A DNA stretch of 64,000 nucleotides, taken from contig CM082580.2 in assembly GCA_040954595.2 (NCBI GenBank), positions 3,400,783 to 3,464,782 of the forward strand, in the 5' to 3' direction. Source of the stretch: Balanoglossus misakiensis (Eukaryota > Animalia > Hemichordata). Below the pieces are notes generated by a model that saw only the letters and a program-made list of their open reading frames with translations, was not told the origin of the DNA and searched no databases. A program made the translations under genes and the position numbers. This document shows positions 35,110-47,399 of this stretch, one piece after another (the stretch's first letter is position 1; every line of letters begins with the position of its first letter).

Positions 35110-35966
35110 GTGCCCACGGATCTTACTATATTGGATGGGTTTTCAATATTCAATCCAAAGCACATACCTGACCTACCCCTGTGTGAAATCATGGATAATT
35201 ATGGGCAGGAGAACTTAGAGGTATGTAGTTACAGTAAAGACCCAGTATTTGCAACTTTTGGCTATTTTACAGTATTTTTTTCCTTGTAGCAACAGCAGTT
35301 TTATGCAAGATTCCCCAAAGTATGATTCAAAACAACTGCTGTATGTTCATACAATAAGCATATTGTCGGAAATCAAATTTTCTTCAATAATTGTTTCTTT
35401 TTTCTTTCATTAGGTACTTTTGGACCAGTTCGCCAGTATTGTGGATCATGGTGAGACCAAAGAGGAGTGGAAGTGTCTCCTGCCCACACTCCATGGGAAG
35501 AGAAGAGCAATTACCATGAAAGAAACCCTCCATCTGATGACTGGTGAACTGTCAGCAACATTTCCGAATCTGGCAAAGTTGGCTGAAATATCTCTCACCA
35601 TACCTGTTTCTACTGCTGGTTAGTATTACTTTATTATCTACGAAGATAATGTTGTCTTTAAAATGATTTGTAAATAAGGTGAAAACAAGAACAGATGCTG
35701 TTTTAAAGTTTTACTTTCTTGTATTGTTTTCAGATTGTGAAAGAGGGTTCAGCGCTCTGGCCCGAGTAAAAACCAAGCTACGAAACCGCCTGTCCCAGAA
35801 GATCCTGAATTCATTGATGATGGTTTCAATTGAAGGCCCACCACCTGTGCAGTTTAACTTTCAAAGGGCTGTAAAGTTATGGACGGGTATTAGAAACCGG
35901 AAGATAAAGCTGGTATTGCCAGAGACTAAGTGTACCAAAGACATTGGATTTGTTTGGAATTTTTGA
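35110..35966 (+). pseudogene. C-terminal part of an intron-containing hAT transposase (ZNF862-like dimerisation domain)
   Basis: Exons ~35110-35220, 35414-35618 and 35734-35966 splice in phase: FSIFNP..YG..LE|VLLDQF..EEW..FPNLAKLAEISLTIPVSTA|DCERGFSALARVKTKLRNRL..LMMVSIEGP. The N-terminus is absent. Confidence 0.85.
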
Positions 35967-36269
35967 AATGTGTTATTGATTTGAATTGTAAAAATGATTA
36001 CTTCATGTATTAATATATTGTTTTGTTATTTGTATAAATGTATGGTTTTGTTGTTTAAATAAATCAAACTTTCTTTGTAGTAAATAGTAATTATGTATTG
36101 CCTCGCTCATTACTTCATAGATTGGGTAAGATTTCAATGTTTGTCTCAATCTATGAAGTCAGCCATACTTTCAAATAAATATGCAAATACATGCAAATCA
36201 ATGTGTTCATTTTATCCAAATTAATATGCAAATTAGCCGCCTATCTAAAATTTTCATCCGTGGAGAACA

Positions 36270-36466
36270 CTGGATCATGAAACTAATCCGTTACATATTC
36301 TATGTTGCAGCCACCAATAACTTCCATGTCATGATTACACACATTGATGGCGTTAACAATGACATTGCCGACGCTTTATCCCGCCAACAGATCACCAAGT
36401 TCCGCAAGTTGGTACCGTCAGCAGACTACCAGGCAACCAATCAGCACACCTGTGGAATCCTGGACC
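36270..36466 (+). pseudogene. DIRS/Ngaro RNase H C-terminal fragment
   Basis: IMKLIRYIFYVAATNNFHVMITHIDGVNNDIADALSRQQITKFRKLVP (the H.PG..N..AD.LSR motif). Confidence 0.75.
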
Positions 36467-36859
36467 CAATAGGGAGTCAATTTGCCATATGCCATTCATT
36501 ACGCGACAGCCATGGCTTCAACACGTACTGGTACACCACGCTGTGTTGTAACAGATGAAATTTATCTGATAAGGGCCGGGATGCGAATCCCTAACACAAA
36601 TTATGGAAACATTGTCCACTTCATGAGACAATCAGGTCGTTTGGCCAACAGAGGAATGCCAGCCAATGCAGTAAGGCGCCCTCTATGAAACCGGACTGTT
36701 GAAACCACTGCATCAGCCATTGAAGATCAACACAGGCCTCTCTATTATTCCCTGGTCGTAAGAAATGAAGAAATGAATTTGCCACCAATTTCTCTTGGAG
36801 ATCTAGTCACAACAGACCATACAGTGCCTACAATATGTTTTTTTTTTCTACAAAGACTG

Positions 36860-37440
36860 GTGAGGACAGGAAAGAAACTTACCCAGAAAAGGATCCAGCC
36901 GAGAAAAGTGGAAACAGACTGGAGCTGGTCAATTGTCCAAGGTGTCCTGCTTGCTTTTAACACCTTGTCAGTCATTGGGTACCTCAATGTGGCGATGAAG
37001 ATAAATGATGGGAATTATGGAGAGATTACTTGTCACACTTTACAGCCATCCATTTGTGAACAGCACACATGATGCAGACCTATGCTAGAAGCCTCAAAAC
37101 AACATCTTTGACGGCAAGATATAAAGATCAAAGAAGTTTGCTGATGAAAATGTTTTCAGCAATTGTCAATACCACCAGCCCCCAAGAGGCATTACGGCTT
37201 TTCAAGGTTTGCTGCATGGTTCTCCTATCCCCTCAAATGACCGAGGATGTCCAAAAAGCAGTAAGAAGTATAGAATGCAACAACTTTGAAGAACAAATTG
37301 AAGACCTAGCAGACACCAACACACTTGACAAACTGGCCAAGAATGCTGAGGGAGACCTCTTTCTGACTGAGGGACCATCGCAGAAAAGTCCCCATTTACG
37401 GGGAAATTCCGTGCTGTTGCAGATTCCTTCAAAGTTGACA
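36860..37440 (+). pseudogene. Mutator/NOF-like transposase fragment
   Basis: IQPRKVETDWSWSIVQGVLLAFN..YL followed by a C..H-like segment, resembling the second catalytic Asp region of NOF/MULE-type transposases. Frameshifted. Confidence 0.4.
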
Positions 37441-37975
37441 TGCGAGGTGAGACCATGCCTATCCTACATAGTATTTTAAACAAGTATTTTAACTAAGATT
37501 TTAATGGGTTTCAGATTTCTTATTTATCCAGTAAAATTCTTATATCTTCAATACAATGTTGTTCCAAATCAGTTTTCATTTCATAATCATTGTAATCATA
37601 TAGACCTTTTCGATAGGTACCCAACCATGATTGCACTCAAACACGTGGCGTTTTGAACGCGGGAGTCTGTATGAAAAATACTGGACGCTCATGGACATAA
37701 TAGGGGCGTGGGCAGACGAACTGTATATGTCGAAGAAAAGTGACTTGATGGCCAATGACGGGGTTGTAGTGACCAAAAGGGAAATCATGCCCAAGTGTGT
37801 CTTGGACCAAGTGCGGGCTCTCTACCCTAACCCGTGACACCAGCCATACAGTGGTCATCGATGGTAATGATCACAACAATATACAGGGCTAGCAACACAA
37901 GAGTTTATCGCAGCACCGAATGCATGTTTCTTACCCATTTGGCCTAGCCTGCCTATATGTGGCCACCTTCGTGTA

Positions 37976-38650
37976 CAAGTTGGTACCGTCAGCAGACTAC
38001 CAGGCAACCAATCCACCAGATCTGCACACCTGTGGAATCCTGGACCAGTGAGTACCAGCGACCTGATGGCCAATGCGCACAAATACATGATCTGCAGCAT
38101 CGTGCCAAGTACAAGATCAACCTACCATGCGGCATACACCCACTACATCAACTTTTGTCACACCTATAGATTCCAAGTACTGCCGCTTACGTCGCAGGTG
38201 ACGATCTTATTTATGACCCAATTAGCAACAAGCGGACTCGCCTACAGAACAGAACACTGAAAATATACCTAGCAGAAATCATCAGCATGCACGTTGAAGC
38301 AGGATATCCTAAATACGATAAGAGAAGACTGTCTGCTACCTCAAAGGCATCAAACGTGTACATGGCGAAGTAGCAAACGCAAGGCTACCGATAACAATTG
38401 GAATCATGCGCATCCCACGAGACACCCTCATGGAAAACAGCAATTATACCAAGCCAGATAAATACATGCTATGGGCTGCTTACAAGCTTGCGTTCTCCGC
38501 CTTCCTCCCCATCGCTGTCAAGATTTGACACCCATCGTATGTTGCTTGGATCCGACATCAACCTACACAAAGACCTAGGAGTAAACATCAAGGCATCCAA
38601 AACTGACCCATTCCGCCGTGGATGCACCATTACCATCACACCTTGTGCGA
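37976..38650 (+). pseudogene. DIRS/Ngaro tyrosine recombinase fragment
   Basis: SIVPSTRSTYHAAYTHYINFC..LPL..FMTQLATSGLAYRT, then LKGIKR and IKASKTDPFRRG. It follows a duplicate of the RNase H end seen at 36405. Confidence 0.8.
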
Positions 38651-38996
38651 ATGGCTGAAAAACTTTTCGTACATAGTCACATTTGTGTTTCTGATGTGTG
38701 TATGTGAGCAATGGCTTCTGCTGAAACAGCTTTCCATGGGCTTTCAGGGGCTTAAAACGACATTCTTTTGTATCAAAAGTTCGAGGCACACCGCACACAG
38801 TGCAAGATACTGCCGAAGTTGTGCTGGATGTTACTCCAATGACCCCAGCTGGTTCTGCTGATGTGACACATGTTACAGGTTGCTTGAAAAAATCTACAAG
38901 CGAAACAAAGAATCTGTAGAGTTTCGCGCAGAACTGGAAAAAAGGGCAGATGCAGGAAGTTATTTAGCTAAAAAGAGGAAAAGACAGTCACCTATC

Positions 38997-39075
38997 TAGC
39001 TGCAATTATTGTAGCCTTGGTGGGTTGGTTGATCGCTGACGGGGAGCTTGATCAAGGCTACAATAATTGCAGCTA
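38997..39075. mobile_element. 79-bp hairpin mini-element with TAG..CTA termini
   Basis: Perfect 23-bp IR TAGCTGCAATTATTGTAGCCTTG / CAAGGCTACAATAATTGCAGCTA. No TSD seen. Confidence 0.55.
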
Positions 39076-40287
39076 AAGTATAGCAAATATTGATATCTCC
39101 ACTTTCATTGAAGTCTAGCAATGAAATACAGTATGATTTTAACATTCATGTGCCGTCCTGGCAATTAGTCAGCAATGTTTGTTTATTATAGTGTTCGACA
39201 AATTCGTGAACGGGAAATGAGAGATGTGGTGTTAAGAACACCGGAGCATCGAGAGCACCGGTACAACCACTGGCACCATGACTATCGAACACAACCACCA
39301 CGACACAAGCCCCACCGATACCACCAATACCACCACCAGATGAACCTCCTACTGCCGATGAGCCCTTGGACCATCACAGGGAGCCAAATCCTGATGATGA
39401 CGACCAGAAGGGCATCCCTGCACCAGAGGACCCTCAAGAGAGACCACTGCAGGGCAGAAGACGGCTGTACCATTTAGTGCGAGAGGCCCATGAATTATAT
39501 GTGGAATTTTTGAGGAACAGTCTACGTCCTGACACAATGGCAAATTTAAATCACACGCTGGATCGCCTCAACGACCACTTAGACAGATTGTGAGCACATA
39601 ACACGAATAAAATATTTTTTTTATCTATCACCTAAGATTTGTCATTTATCTGTTTGTTTTTTTAATATTCCCCACCACCAATGCAACAGCCCAAGCTTAC
39701 ATGAAGACTTAGTCCTTTAGTGATAGTATGTTTAATCGATGAAGAGCATATTGCAAACATATTTATTGAAGCAAATGCCAAAACAGTTAGAAACAAATAA
39801 CGAGAGCAGAGAGCACCAACATGAATTGCCAGAATTACGCTGTTGAAGATGCCTTTGTTTTTCAAAGACTCGAGTTTGTTCGGGAAGCTATCATGCGAAA
39901 TGATTGGCTAGGCCTGCAAATTTCGTCACAGTGAGGAGCACATGGAAGAATGAGGTAAGGAACACTCCAAAGTGAGGCAGGGACAAGAACATAAGGCAGT
40001 CAATGAATGAGCTGCATTCGGAACAGTAAATACTGTTATAGGGTGTACTCAGTAACCCAGGTAGTTGCAAGGACCCCCTAAGCTTTGGAATAAAGTTGTA
40101 CTTGTTATGGCAGCCATCTTGTCCAGCTCTATACCTGAGGGCAACAATATATCTGAGCTGCCCTCGAGCAAACATACATTTTATATGCTTATTATATAGC
40201 AATATATCTGAGCTGCACTCAGGGAAAACTTACATTTCTTACGCTTACTCAGCAATGCCTATTTTTCCAGTATTTAATATTTTACAG

Positions 40288-41100
40288 GATGTATTCTTCG
40301 GTACTTTCCGTTGTTGTATCAAGATTACGTAAGGAGCCAACTGGCGTTCAGCGGAAAGTGAATCAGAGGAACAATTTGTCAATAAACATCTTGCCTCCCT
40401 TTCTGAGAGAGGTCTTGGGCTATATACAAGTCTGCGGAAGGAAAAAGATGGGGCCTCCTATCATTTTAAGTGTGAAAGAGGAGGTAAAGCAAAGGGTGAA
40501 TCATCTGGAGCTGCAAATCTGACACGCGCTAATGGCTGCAACTCATACATGTCTTTTAGTTTCACCAAAGTGGGTACCCATCAGGTGTGTGTTGTCAGAT
40601 TACAAAGTCACCATGTGGGACACTATCTGTCTAACAGTGATGACTATCGCGTTAACAAAATATCACCTGAGCTGACTGAACTAATAAGGCTCTCGACCTT
40701 CCAAAATTTGCAGGTCAGTGAAATCATTGTGAAGTGCTCTCAGTGGGCACAAAAAAGAGGGGAGGTTGACATGAAAAACCGCCAGTACTACCCCACACCA
40801 GCAGATGTAAAATATCTTCGAAACAAGACTTTGGCTGAAACCAGGTTTGATCAAAATGATGCCATCAGCGTAGATAAATTATTGAAAAGTGTTCTAGGGG
40901 CAAAAATCATCCACTATCAACCACTCTCCAAAGCTGCCAACCAACCATTAGAAATAGTATACACGAGTCCCTTTCAGAAAGACCAATATCTGAAATTTGC
41001 AAAAAGTATGGTATTTATAGATGCTACATACAGAGGAATAACATATGCTGTAATTGTCAAGAATGGTGAATTCAAGAAATCAGTATTGTCCAGTGCGCGA
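40288..41100 (+). pseudogene. MULE (Mutator) transposase fragment, copy 1
   Basis: YHFKCERGG...GCNSY...HHVGH (WRKY/GCM1-type finger) and MVFIDATY. Interrupted by a Kolobok-like insertion at its 3' end. Confidence 0.65.
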
Positions 41101-41104
41101 TTAA

Positions 41105-41838
41105 GGTGGCATTGCATGAAACCGTCGAGACTTTTTCAGAGGCCTATTTCTCATCAAAGACAAAGTTAAAACCCCCATAAACCATATATATTCTGGAAGC
41201 TGAGATTTTGAACTTTTGTTTGAGTTGCAAATATTATTGATCCCCGGAAATGTCGGCGACTTTGGGTGAAAAAACCCATTTTTTTATATTATGTCATGAA
41301 ATTTAAAATAGGTTAAAAAGTTGACCATGCATCATGCATCTTAATATGTCATTCAAAACTAGAGTACACGTGCAAAAAAACGGTAATTTTGTTTTGCGTT
41401 ATCTGCTTCCATTGAGGAGTAACAGCGTTTGAAAGTTAGATTTTTAGTAAAATTTGATTAAATTCACCGTGAGTTGTATTGAATCAGAGTTTATTCCCGC
41501 CAGGGACACTTTATCGACTAACAAAAATACCGCTTTGTTGGATGGGTCATACACAATCCCCAGTTAAAATTTGAGCAAATTCGGCCAACACAGAGCGAAG
41601 CTATTTTCGTCAGAAGTTGTCAAGAGCAGCGAAAATGCAAACTGAGAAAAACGGCCATTTGCATTGTTGACACCTATTTGATAAGCTGTGAACTCATTCA
41701 GAAAAGTGCTATTTTGGGGTGATTATGCACCATTTCCGCCAAGACGTATTAGTCAGGGTGTGGGTCAGTATTAGGCCTACCGATTTATGTAAAAAAGTAA
41801 AATTTGGCAAAAATCACAACTTTTCATGCAATGCCACC
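41105..41838. mobile_element. Kolobok-type non-autonomous element
   Basis: 17-bp TIR GGTGGCATTGCATGAAA / TTTCATGCAATGCCACC, with TTAA on both sides (41101-04, 41839-42). The duplicate copy has a single TTAA (48223-26). Confidence 0.88.
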
Positions 41839-42149
41839 TTAAATTATCTCAAACGCTCATATGTCGAGGCAGAGTACTCAAAGAAATTGTATACCAAATT
41901 CACTGGTCATTATCACAAGATGATTGCTGGAAGAGGTTTACGAACGGACTAGCTGATTTACATCATATTCATCCAGTATTAGCCCAGACTACCAAAACGT
42001 ACTTCTCGTTAGATCCAGAGAATCCCGGGGCACTACCTTTACAACACGTGTCAAGCGCAAGAACAATGACTCTTTTGAATCATGATCCCAATGTTTTGCA
42101 ACGTTCCAAGCGAAGCCATTCACCTGTGTAATTACTACTGCTTTATCAC

Positions 42150-42510
42150 GTCCAAGTTAGAAGTGTACAAACCTGAAGCTTGGCTAGCATACGACAGACA
42201 TTTCACCTGAACATGGCTTATTTAAATTGCTACCCAGGTCAAAAAAGGTGGAGCACACCAGATTCCCAGCTCAAGTTTATTTCCACTTCTAACAAAACCC
42301 TCACCGCCTGGTACCAAAGTGTTTTGGTAGCGGTCAAAAAGGGCACCTGAAAACTAAATGCCACACCTACGCACGCAATCCATACTGCAGCCAGGGATAG
42401 CTCCATGAACCGAGGTCAACCAAGCAGCACCGTAACTTCGAAACAGCCTCCAGTATGCTGGCAGTTCAACAAGGGGAACTGCAAAAGCCCTAGACTCTCA
42501 CACATGTTCC
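42150..42510 (+). pseudogene. DIRS/Ngaro gag fragment with a CCCH-like finger (second copy ~48540-48830)
   Basis: YKPEAWLAYDRHF and PVCWQFNKGNC. Confidence 0.5.
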
Positions 42511-42619
42511 CTCTGCTTAGCTGTCGACCATGGTGCATTCAACCACCACCAAAAAGCACCCATCAAGCCGCAACAAACTTCACAGCCCTTTTGTGCCAAC
42601 ACTTAACCCTTAAGCCAGA

Positions 42620-43250
42620 GATGGCAGGTATGCAGAGAGCATTAGCTGACACAGTATGCGAAGAAATTTCTCAGACAATTTCTAACTCGCTGCTTGGCAT
42701 ACTTGTCGACAAAACAGTAAATGTCACTGTTCATTAGAAGCTGATAAGATAAAAGAAGATCAAACAATACTCTATCTTGGCCATCACGCATTTGTTGATG
42801 GATGTCTTGCCGATCATGGACCGTTGTAATCTTGTATTTCAACGAGAAGATGTCAACTTGGCTACTATTGAACTGATGGTCCAGTCAACGGTCGCGTCTC
42901 TACAGCTGTTATTAGAACCAGACATCGAGGCGAACATGAGAGCGCGCTAACGAGGGAAATTGATAACAATGTATATCGTGGCCATTTTCTGAGCCACGCA
43001 GCTGCCAATAATATCCAAGGTTACGCTAATGTTATAGGCGTGACTTCATAACGTATCTAATCAACCGAATGCAAGCACGATTTCCCAGTGAATGTACCAA
43101 TCTACTGACATGTCTCGATAAAGTTTTCAATGCCAGCAAATATCCAGATCATGATGTTGAGATCCGTGAATATGGCATGGCACAGAGTCTCTGGCGACAC
43201 TGATTGCCCATTTCGGTGTCATTCGCGTTGAAGATGGCGTGCCAACTAAA
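42620..43250 (+). pseudogene. ZNF862-like hAT transposase fragments (second copy ~48957-49580)
   Basis: Across the two copies: GILVD(K/E)TVNVTV, LAITHLLMDVLPIMDRCNLVFQREDVNL and MQARFP..KVFN...YG...LIAHF, with stops and frameshifts. Confidence 0.7.
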
Positions 43251-44312
43251 TGTGATGAAGTTTATTATTTGTTTTGTTTCATGGCCAGGTGCACCTATGT
43301 TGATTGCTTTATTTAACATATAAGTGTGACAAGGTGTTAATTAGTTTTGGTCGTATAAAAGCCACCCAGTGCCATGTTGTCGCGTGGCTCATTTGATTCT
43401 GGTCTGGTAGCTGTGCCGTCGCCTTGGAGGAGTTTTTGGAGCCCACCGTACGAAGTGTCTGTCTACTGTGGTAGCTGAGGATTGACACTGCTGAAGGGAC
43501 TTGTGAAGTAGTGGTGGATGTTTTCGAGGACGCCGCGTGGAATTTGGGAGCCGTCCTGAGGGAGCACGTTTCCGGGTCACTGTGGAACTGTATTTGAGGT
43601 AATACGTGACTGTCTTTTGAACACTGGCGTAAAACGGACAGAAAGGCCGGAATTGTTGTGCGTCGAGCGAAAAGCCAGTATCGTCGTGCGTCGAGTCACC
43701 GAACTGTTTGTTAGATTTTGAACTGGTTAGGAATTTTGTCGGTCACCAGGTCACGCTCGAGTTTAGTTTGTAGTTTAGTGTAAAAATTATTTAACATATT
43801 GTGAATATTACTCGTATCTGCAATTAAATTAACACTGTAAATAGACTGGTATGTTGTACGTGTGCTGTCTTTGACTATTTCCTTTGCTGCAGCCTGTTGG
43901 CCGGTTCGGATGTAAAACAAGCCACCCGGTCAGGTAAATTGGCCTCTCTATTATCCGCTTATATTTGGCTCGGACGGCCTGCGGGTCGTAACACGATGGA
44001 AGCCCAAAGACATGGGCCCGATTGGAAAGCCGAGTTTACTCAGATGAAACTGACTATGTGCATTGTCGGTTACACCTCTGGTTCAAGACACATTGGAACG
44101 AAAGGGTTTAGATGGGACTTGGCTTGCATAGCCAGTGGAACGAGCGTCTTAAAAGCGACATGCTCGTTGTCGGTGTGGTAGGTTTTGCTGTGCTCAGCTT
44201 CGGACATATTTTTGTGTCACGTGTTTGCATACGTTTGTAGTAAGCATCCGATTAGAGGGAACAACACCTGCGAATGTGCAAGAGTATATAAACGGGTGTT
44301 TCATGGACATTT

Positions 44313-46730
44313 TTGCCATTACCACTACAGACCATGAGTTTGATGGAAAGTTTTCTGAAGGCAACCCGAAGGATTCGGCACCCGGATTCCAGTGGAGCAG
44401 GCAGCAATCGCTATGATGTAGGCACTCCTGTTAGGAAGGGAATGGCCAAGAAAAAGAAGGCAAAGAAACGACTTTTGAGCATCAGATTCAAGATGGAGAA
44501 GAAACCTGGTGGGAAACGTAATCGCAAGTCCGATCGACCCTTTGTCGACTCAGACGGTGAGACAGAAGCTCCACCCAGAAGTGATGAGGTGACTGCGGAG
44601 GCGGGCGAACCAGCCAGTACCCCGACAGAAGCTCCACCCAGGAGTGACGAGGTGACTGCACAGGCTGGCTTACAATCCAGTAAGCAGCAGAAGTCTGGCG
44701 GGAAATGTAATCGCAAGTCCGATCGACCCGTTGTCGACTCAGACGGTGAGACAGAAGTTCCACCCAGGAGTGACGAGGTGACTGCGGAGGCGGGCTTACA
44801 ATCCAGTAAGCAGCATAAGTCTGGCGGGAAACGTAATCGCAAGTCCGATCGACCCGTTGTCGACTCAGACGGTGAGACAGAAGTTCCACCCAGGAGTGAT
44901 GAGGTGACTGCAGAGGCTGACTTACAAGCCAATAAGCAGCAGAAGCCTGGTGGGAAACGTAATCGCAAGTCCGATCGACCCGTTGTCGACTCAGACGGTG
45001 AGACAGAAGTTCCACCCAGGAGTGATGAGGTGATTGCAGAGGCTGACTTACAAGCCAGTAAGCAGCAGAAGCCTGGTGGGAAACGTAATCGCAAGTCCGA
45101 TCGACCCGTTGTCGACTCAGACGGTGAGACAGAAGCTCCACCTAGGAGTGACGAGGTGACTGCGGAGGCGGGCTTACAATCCAGTAAGCAGCAGAAGTCT
45201 GGTGGGAAACGTAATCGCAAGTCCGATCGACCCGTTGTCGACTCTGACGGTGAGACAGAATCTCCACCCAGGAGTGATGAGGTGACTGCAGAGGCTGGCT
45301 TACAAGCCAGTAAGCAGCAGAAGTCTGGCGGGAAACGTAATCGCAAGTCCGATCGACCCGTTGTCGACTCAGACGGTGAGACAGAAGCTCCACCTAGGAG
45401 TGACGAGGTGACTGCAGAGGCGGGCTTACAAGCCAGTAAGCAGCAGAAGTCTGGCGGGAAACGTAATCGCAAGTCCGATCAACCCGTTGTCGACTCAGAC
45501 GGTGAGACAGAAGCTCCACCTAGGAGTGACGAGGTGACTGCAGAGGCGGGCTTACAAGCCAGTAAGCAGCAGAAGTCTGGCGGGAAACGTAATCGCAAGT
45601 CCGATCGACCCGTTGTCGACTCAGACGGTGAGACAGAAGCTCCACCTAGGAGTGACGAGGTGACTGCGGAGGCGGGCTTACAAGCCAGTAAGCAGCAGAA
45701 GTCTGGCGGGAAACGTAATCGCAAGTCCGATCGACCCGTTGTCGACTCAGACGGTGAGACAGAAGCTCCACCTAGGAGTGACGAGGTGACTGCAGAGGCG
45801 GGCTTACAAGCCAGTAAGCAGCAGAAGTCTGGCGGGAAACGTAATCGCAAGTCCGATCGACCCGTTGTCGACTCAGACGGTGAGACAGAAGCTCCACCTA
45901 GGAGTGACGAGGTGACTGCGGAGGCGGGCTTACAATCCAGTAAGCAGCAGAAGTCTGGCGGGAAACGTAATCGCAAGTCCGATCGACCCGTTGTCGACTC
46001 AGACGGTGAGACAGAAGCTCCACCTAGGAGTGACGAGGTGACTGCGGAGGCGGGCTTACAAGCCAGTAAGCAGCAGAAGTCTGGCGGGAAACGTAATCGC
46101 AAGTCCGATCGACCCGTTGTCGACTCAGATGGTGAGACAGAAGCTCCACCTAGGAGTGACGAGGTGACTGCGGAGGCGGGCTTACAATCCAGTAAGCAGC
46201 AGAAGTCTGGCGGGAAATGTAATCGCAAGTCCGATCGACCCGTTGTCGACTCAGATGGTGAGACAGAAGCTCCACGCAGAAGTGATGAGGTGACTGTGGA
46301 GGCGGGCGAACCAGCCAGTACCCCGACAGAAGCTCCACCCAGGAGTGACGAGGTGACTGCAGAGGCTGGCTTACAATCCAGTAAGCAGCAGAAGTCTGGC
46401 GGGAAACAACCACTGGCACCACAACTAGCGACACCACCACCACCACCATCACAGCCACAACCACTACCACCACCAGATGAACCTTCTGCTGCCGATGAGC
46501 CCTTGGACCATCACAGGGAGCCAAATCCTGATGATGACGACCAGAAGGGCATCCCTGCACCAGAGGACGCCCAAGAGAGACCACCACAGGGCAGAAGACG
46601 GCTGTACCATCTAGTGCGAGAGGCCCATGAATTATATGTGGAATTTTTGAGTAACAGTCTACGTCCTGACACAATGGCGAATTTAAATCACACGCTGGAT
46701 CGCCTCAACGACCACTTAGACAGATTGTGA
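44313..46730 (+). CDS. Chimeric 805-codon ORF created at the duplication junction (function doubtful)
   Basis: The piggyBac 5' region and 42-aa repeats are fused in frame at 46406-07 to the Pro-rich module. There is no Met-context or expression evidence. Confidence 0.25.
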   Translation: MPLPLQTMSLMESFLKATRRIRHPDSSGAGSNRYDVGTPVRKGMAKKKKAKKRLLSIRFKMEKKPGGKRNRKSDRPFVDSDGETEAPPRSDEVTAEAGEPASTPTEAPPRSDEVTAQAGLQSSKQQKSGGKCNRKSDRPVVDSDGETEVPPRSDEVTAEAGLQSSKQHKSGGKRNRKSDRPVVDSDGETEVPPRSDEVTAEADLQANKQQKPGGKRNRKSDRPVVDSDGETEVPPRSDEVIAEADLQASKQQKPGGKRNRKSDRPVVDSDGETEAPPRSDEVTAEAGLQSSKQQKSGGKRNRKSDRPVVDSDGETESPPRSDEVTAEAGLQASKQQKSGGKRNRKSDRPVVDSDGETEAPPRSDEVTAEAGLQASKQQKSGGKRNRKSDQPVVDSDGETEAPPRSDEVTAEAGLQASKQQKSGGKRNRKSDRPVVDSDGETEAPPRSDEVTAEAGLQASKQQKSGGKRNRKSDRPVVDSDGETEAPPRSDEVTAEAGLQASKQQKSGGKRNRKSDRPVVDSDGETEAPPRSDEVTAEAGLQSSKQQKSGGKRNRKSDRPVVDSDGETEAPPRSDEVTAEAGLQASKQQKSGGKRNRKSDRPVVDSDGETEAPPRSDEVTAEAGLQSSKQQKSGGKCNRKSDRPVVDSDGETEAPRRSDEVTVEAGEPASTPTEAPPRSDEVTAEAGLQSSKQQKSGGKQPLAPQLATPPPPPSQPQPLPPPDEPSAADEPLDHHREPNPDDDDQKGIPAPEDAQERPPQGRRRLYHLVREAHELYVEFLSNSLRPDTMANLNHTLDRLNDHLDRL
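44499..46405 (+). repeat. 126-bp coding minisatellite, array 1 (~14-15 units)
   Basis: The unit encodes KSGGKRNRKSDRPVVDSDGETEAPPRSDEVTAEAGLQASKQQ. The array is open throughout in ORF 44313-46730. Confidence 0.95.
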
Positions 46731-47399
46731 GCACATAACACGAATAAAATATTTTTTTATCTATCACCTAAGATTTGTCATTTATCTGTTTTTTTTTAAA
46801 TATTCCCCACCACCAATGCAACAGCCCCTTACATAAAGACTTAGTCCTTTAGTGATAGTATGTTTAATCGATGAAGACCATATTGCAAACATATTGAAGC
46901 AAATGCCAAAACAGTTAGAAACAAATAACGAGAGCAGAGAGCACCAACATGAATTGCCAGAATTACGCTGTTGAAGATGCCTTTGTTTTTCATAGACTCG
47001 AGTTTGTTCGGGAAGCTATCATGCGAAATGATTGGCTAGGCCTGCAAATTTCGTCACAGTGAGGAGCACATGGAAGAATGGGGTAAGGAACACTTGAAAG
47101 TGAGGCAGGGACAAGAACATAAGGCAGTCAATGAATGAGTCAATGAATGAGTAGTCCTACTGTATTGCAAGGACCCCCTAAGCTTTGGAATAAAGTTGTA
47201 CTTGTTATGGCAGCCATCTTGTCCAGCTCTATACCTGAGGGCAACAATATATCTGAGCTGCCCTCGAGCAAACATACATTTCATATGCTTATTATACAGC
47301 AATATATCTGAGCTGCACTCGGGGAAAACTTACATTTCCTACGCTTACTCAGCAATGCCTATTTTTCCGTTATTTAATATTTTACAGGATGTATTCTTC

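Noticed and set aside
42603-42620. TTAACCCTT as the piggyBac left terminus (also ~48940)
   Set aside because: It is followed by hAT-type fragments, and I found no matching right TIR after the transposase.
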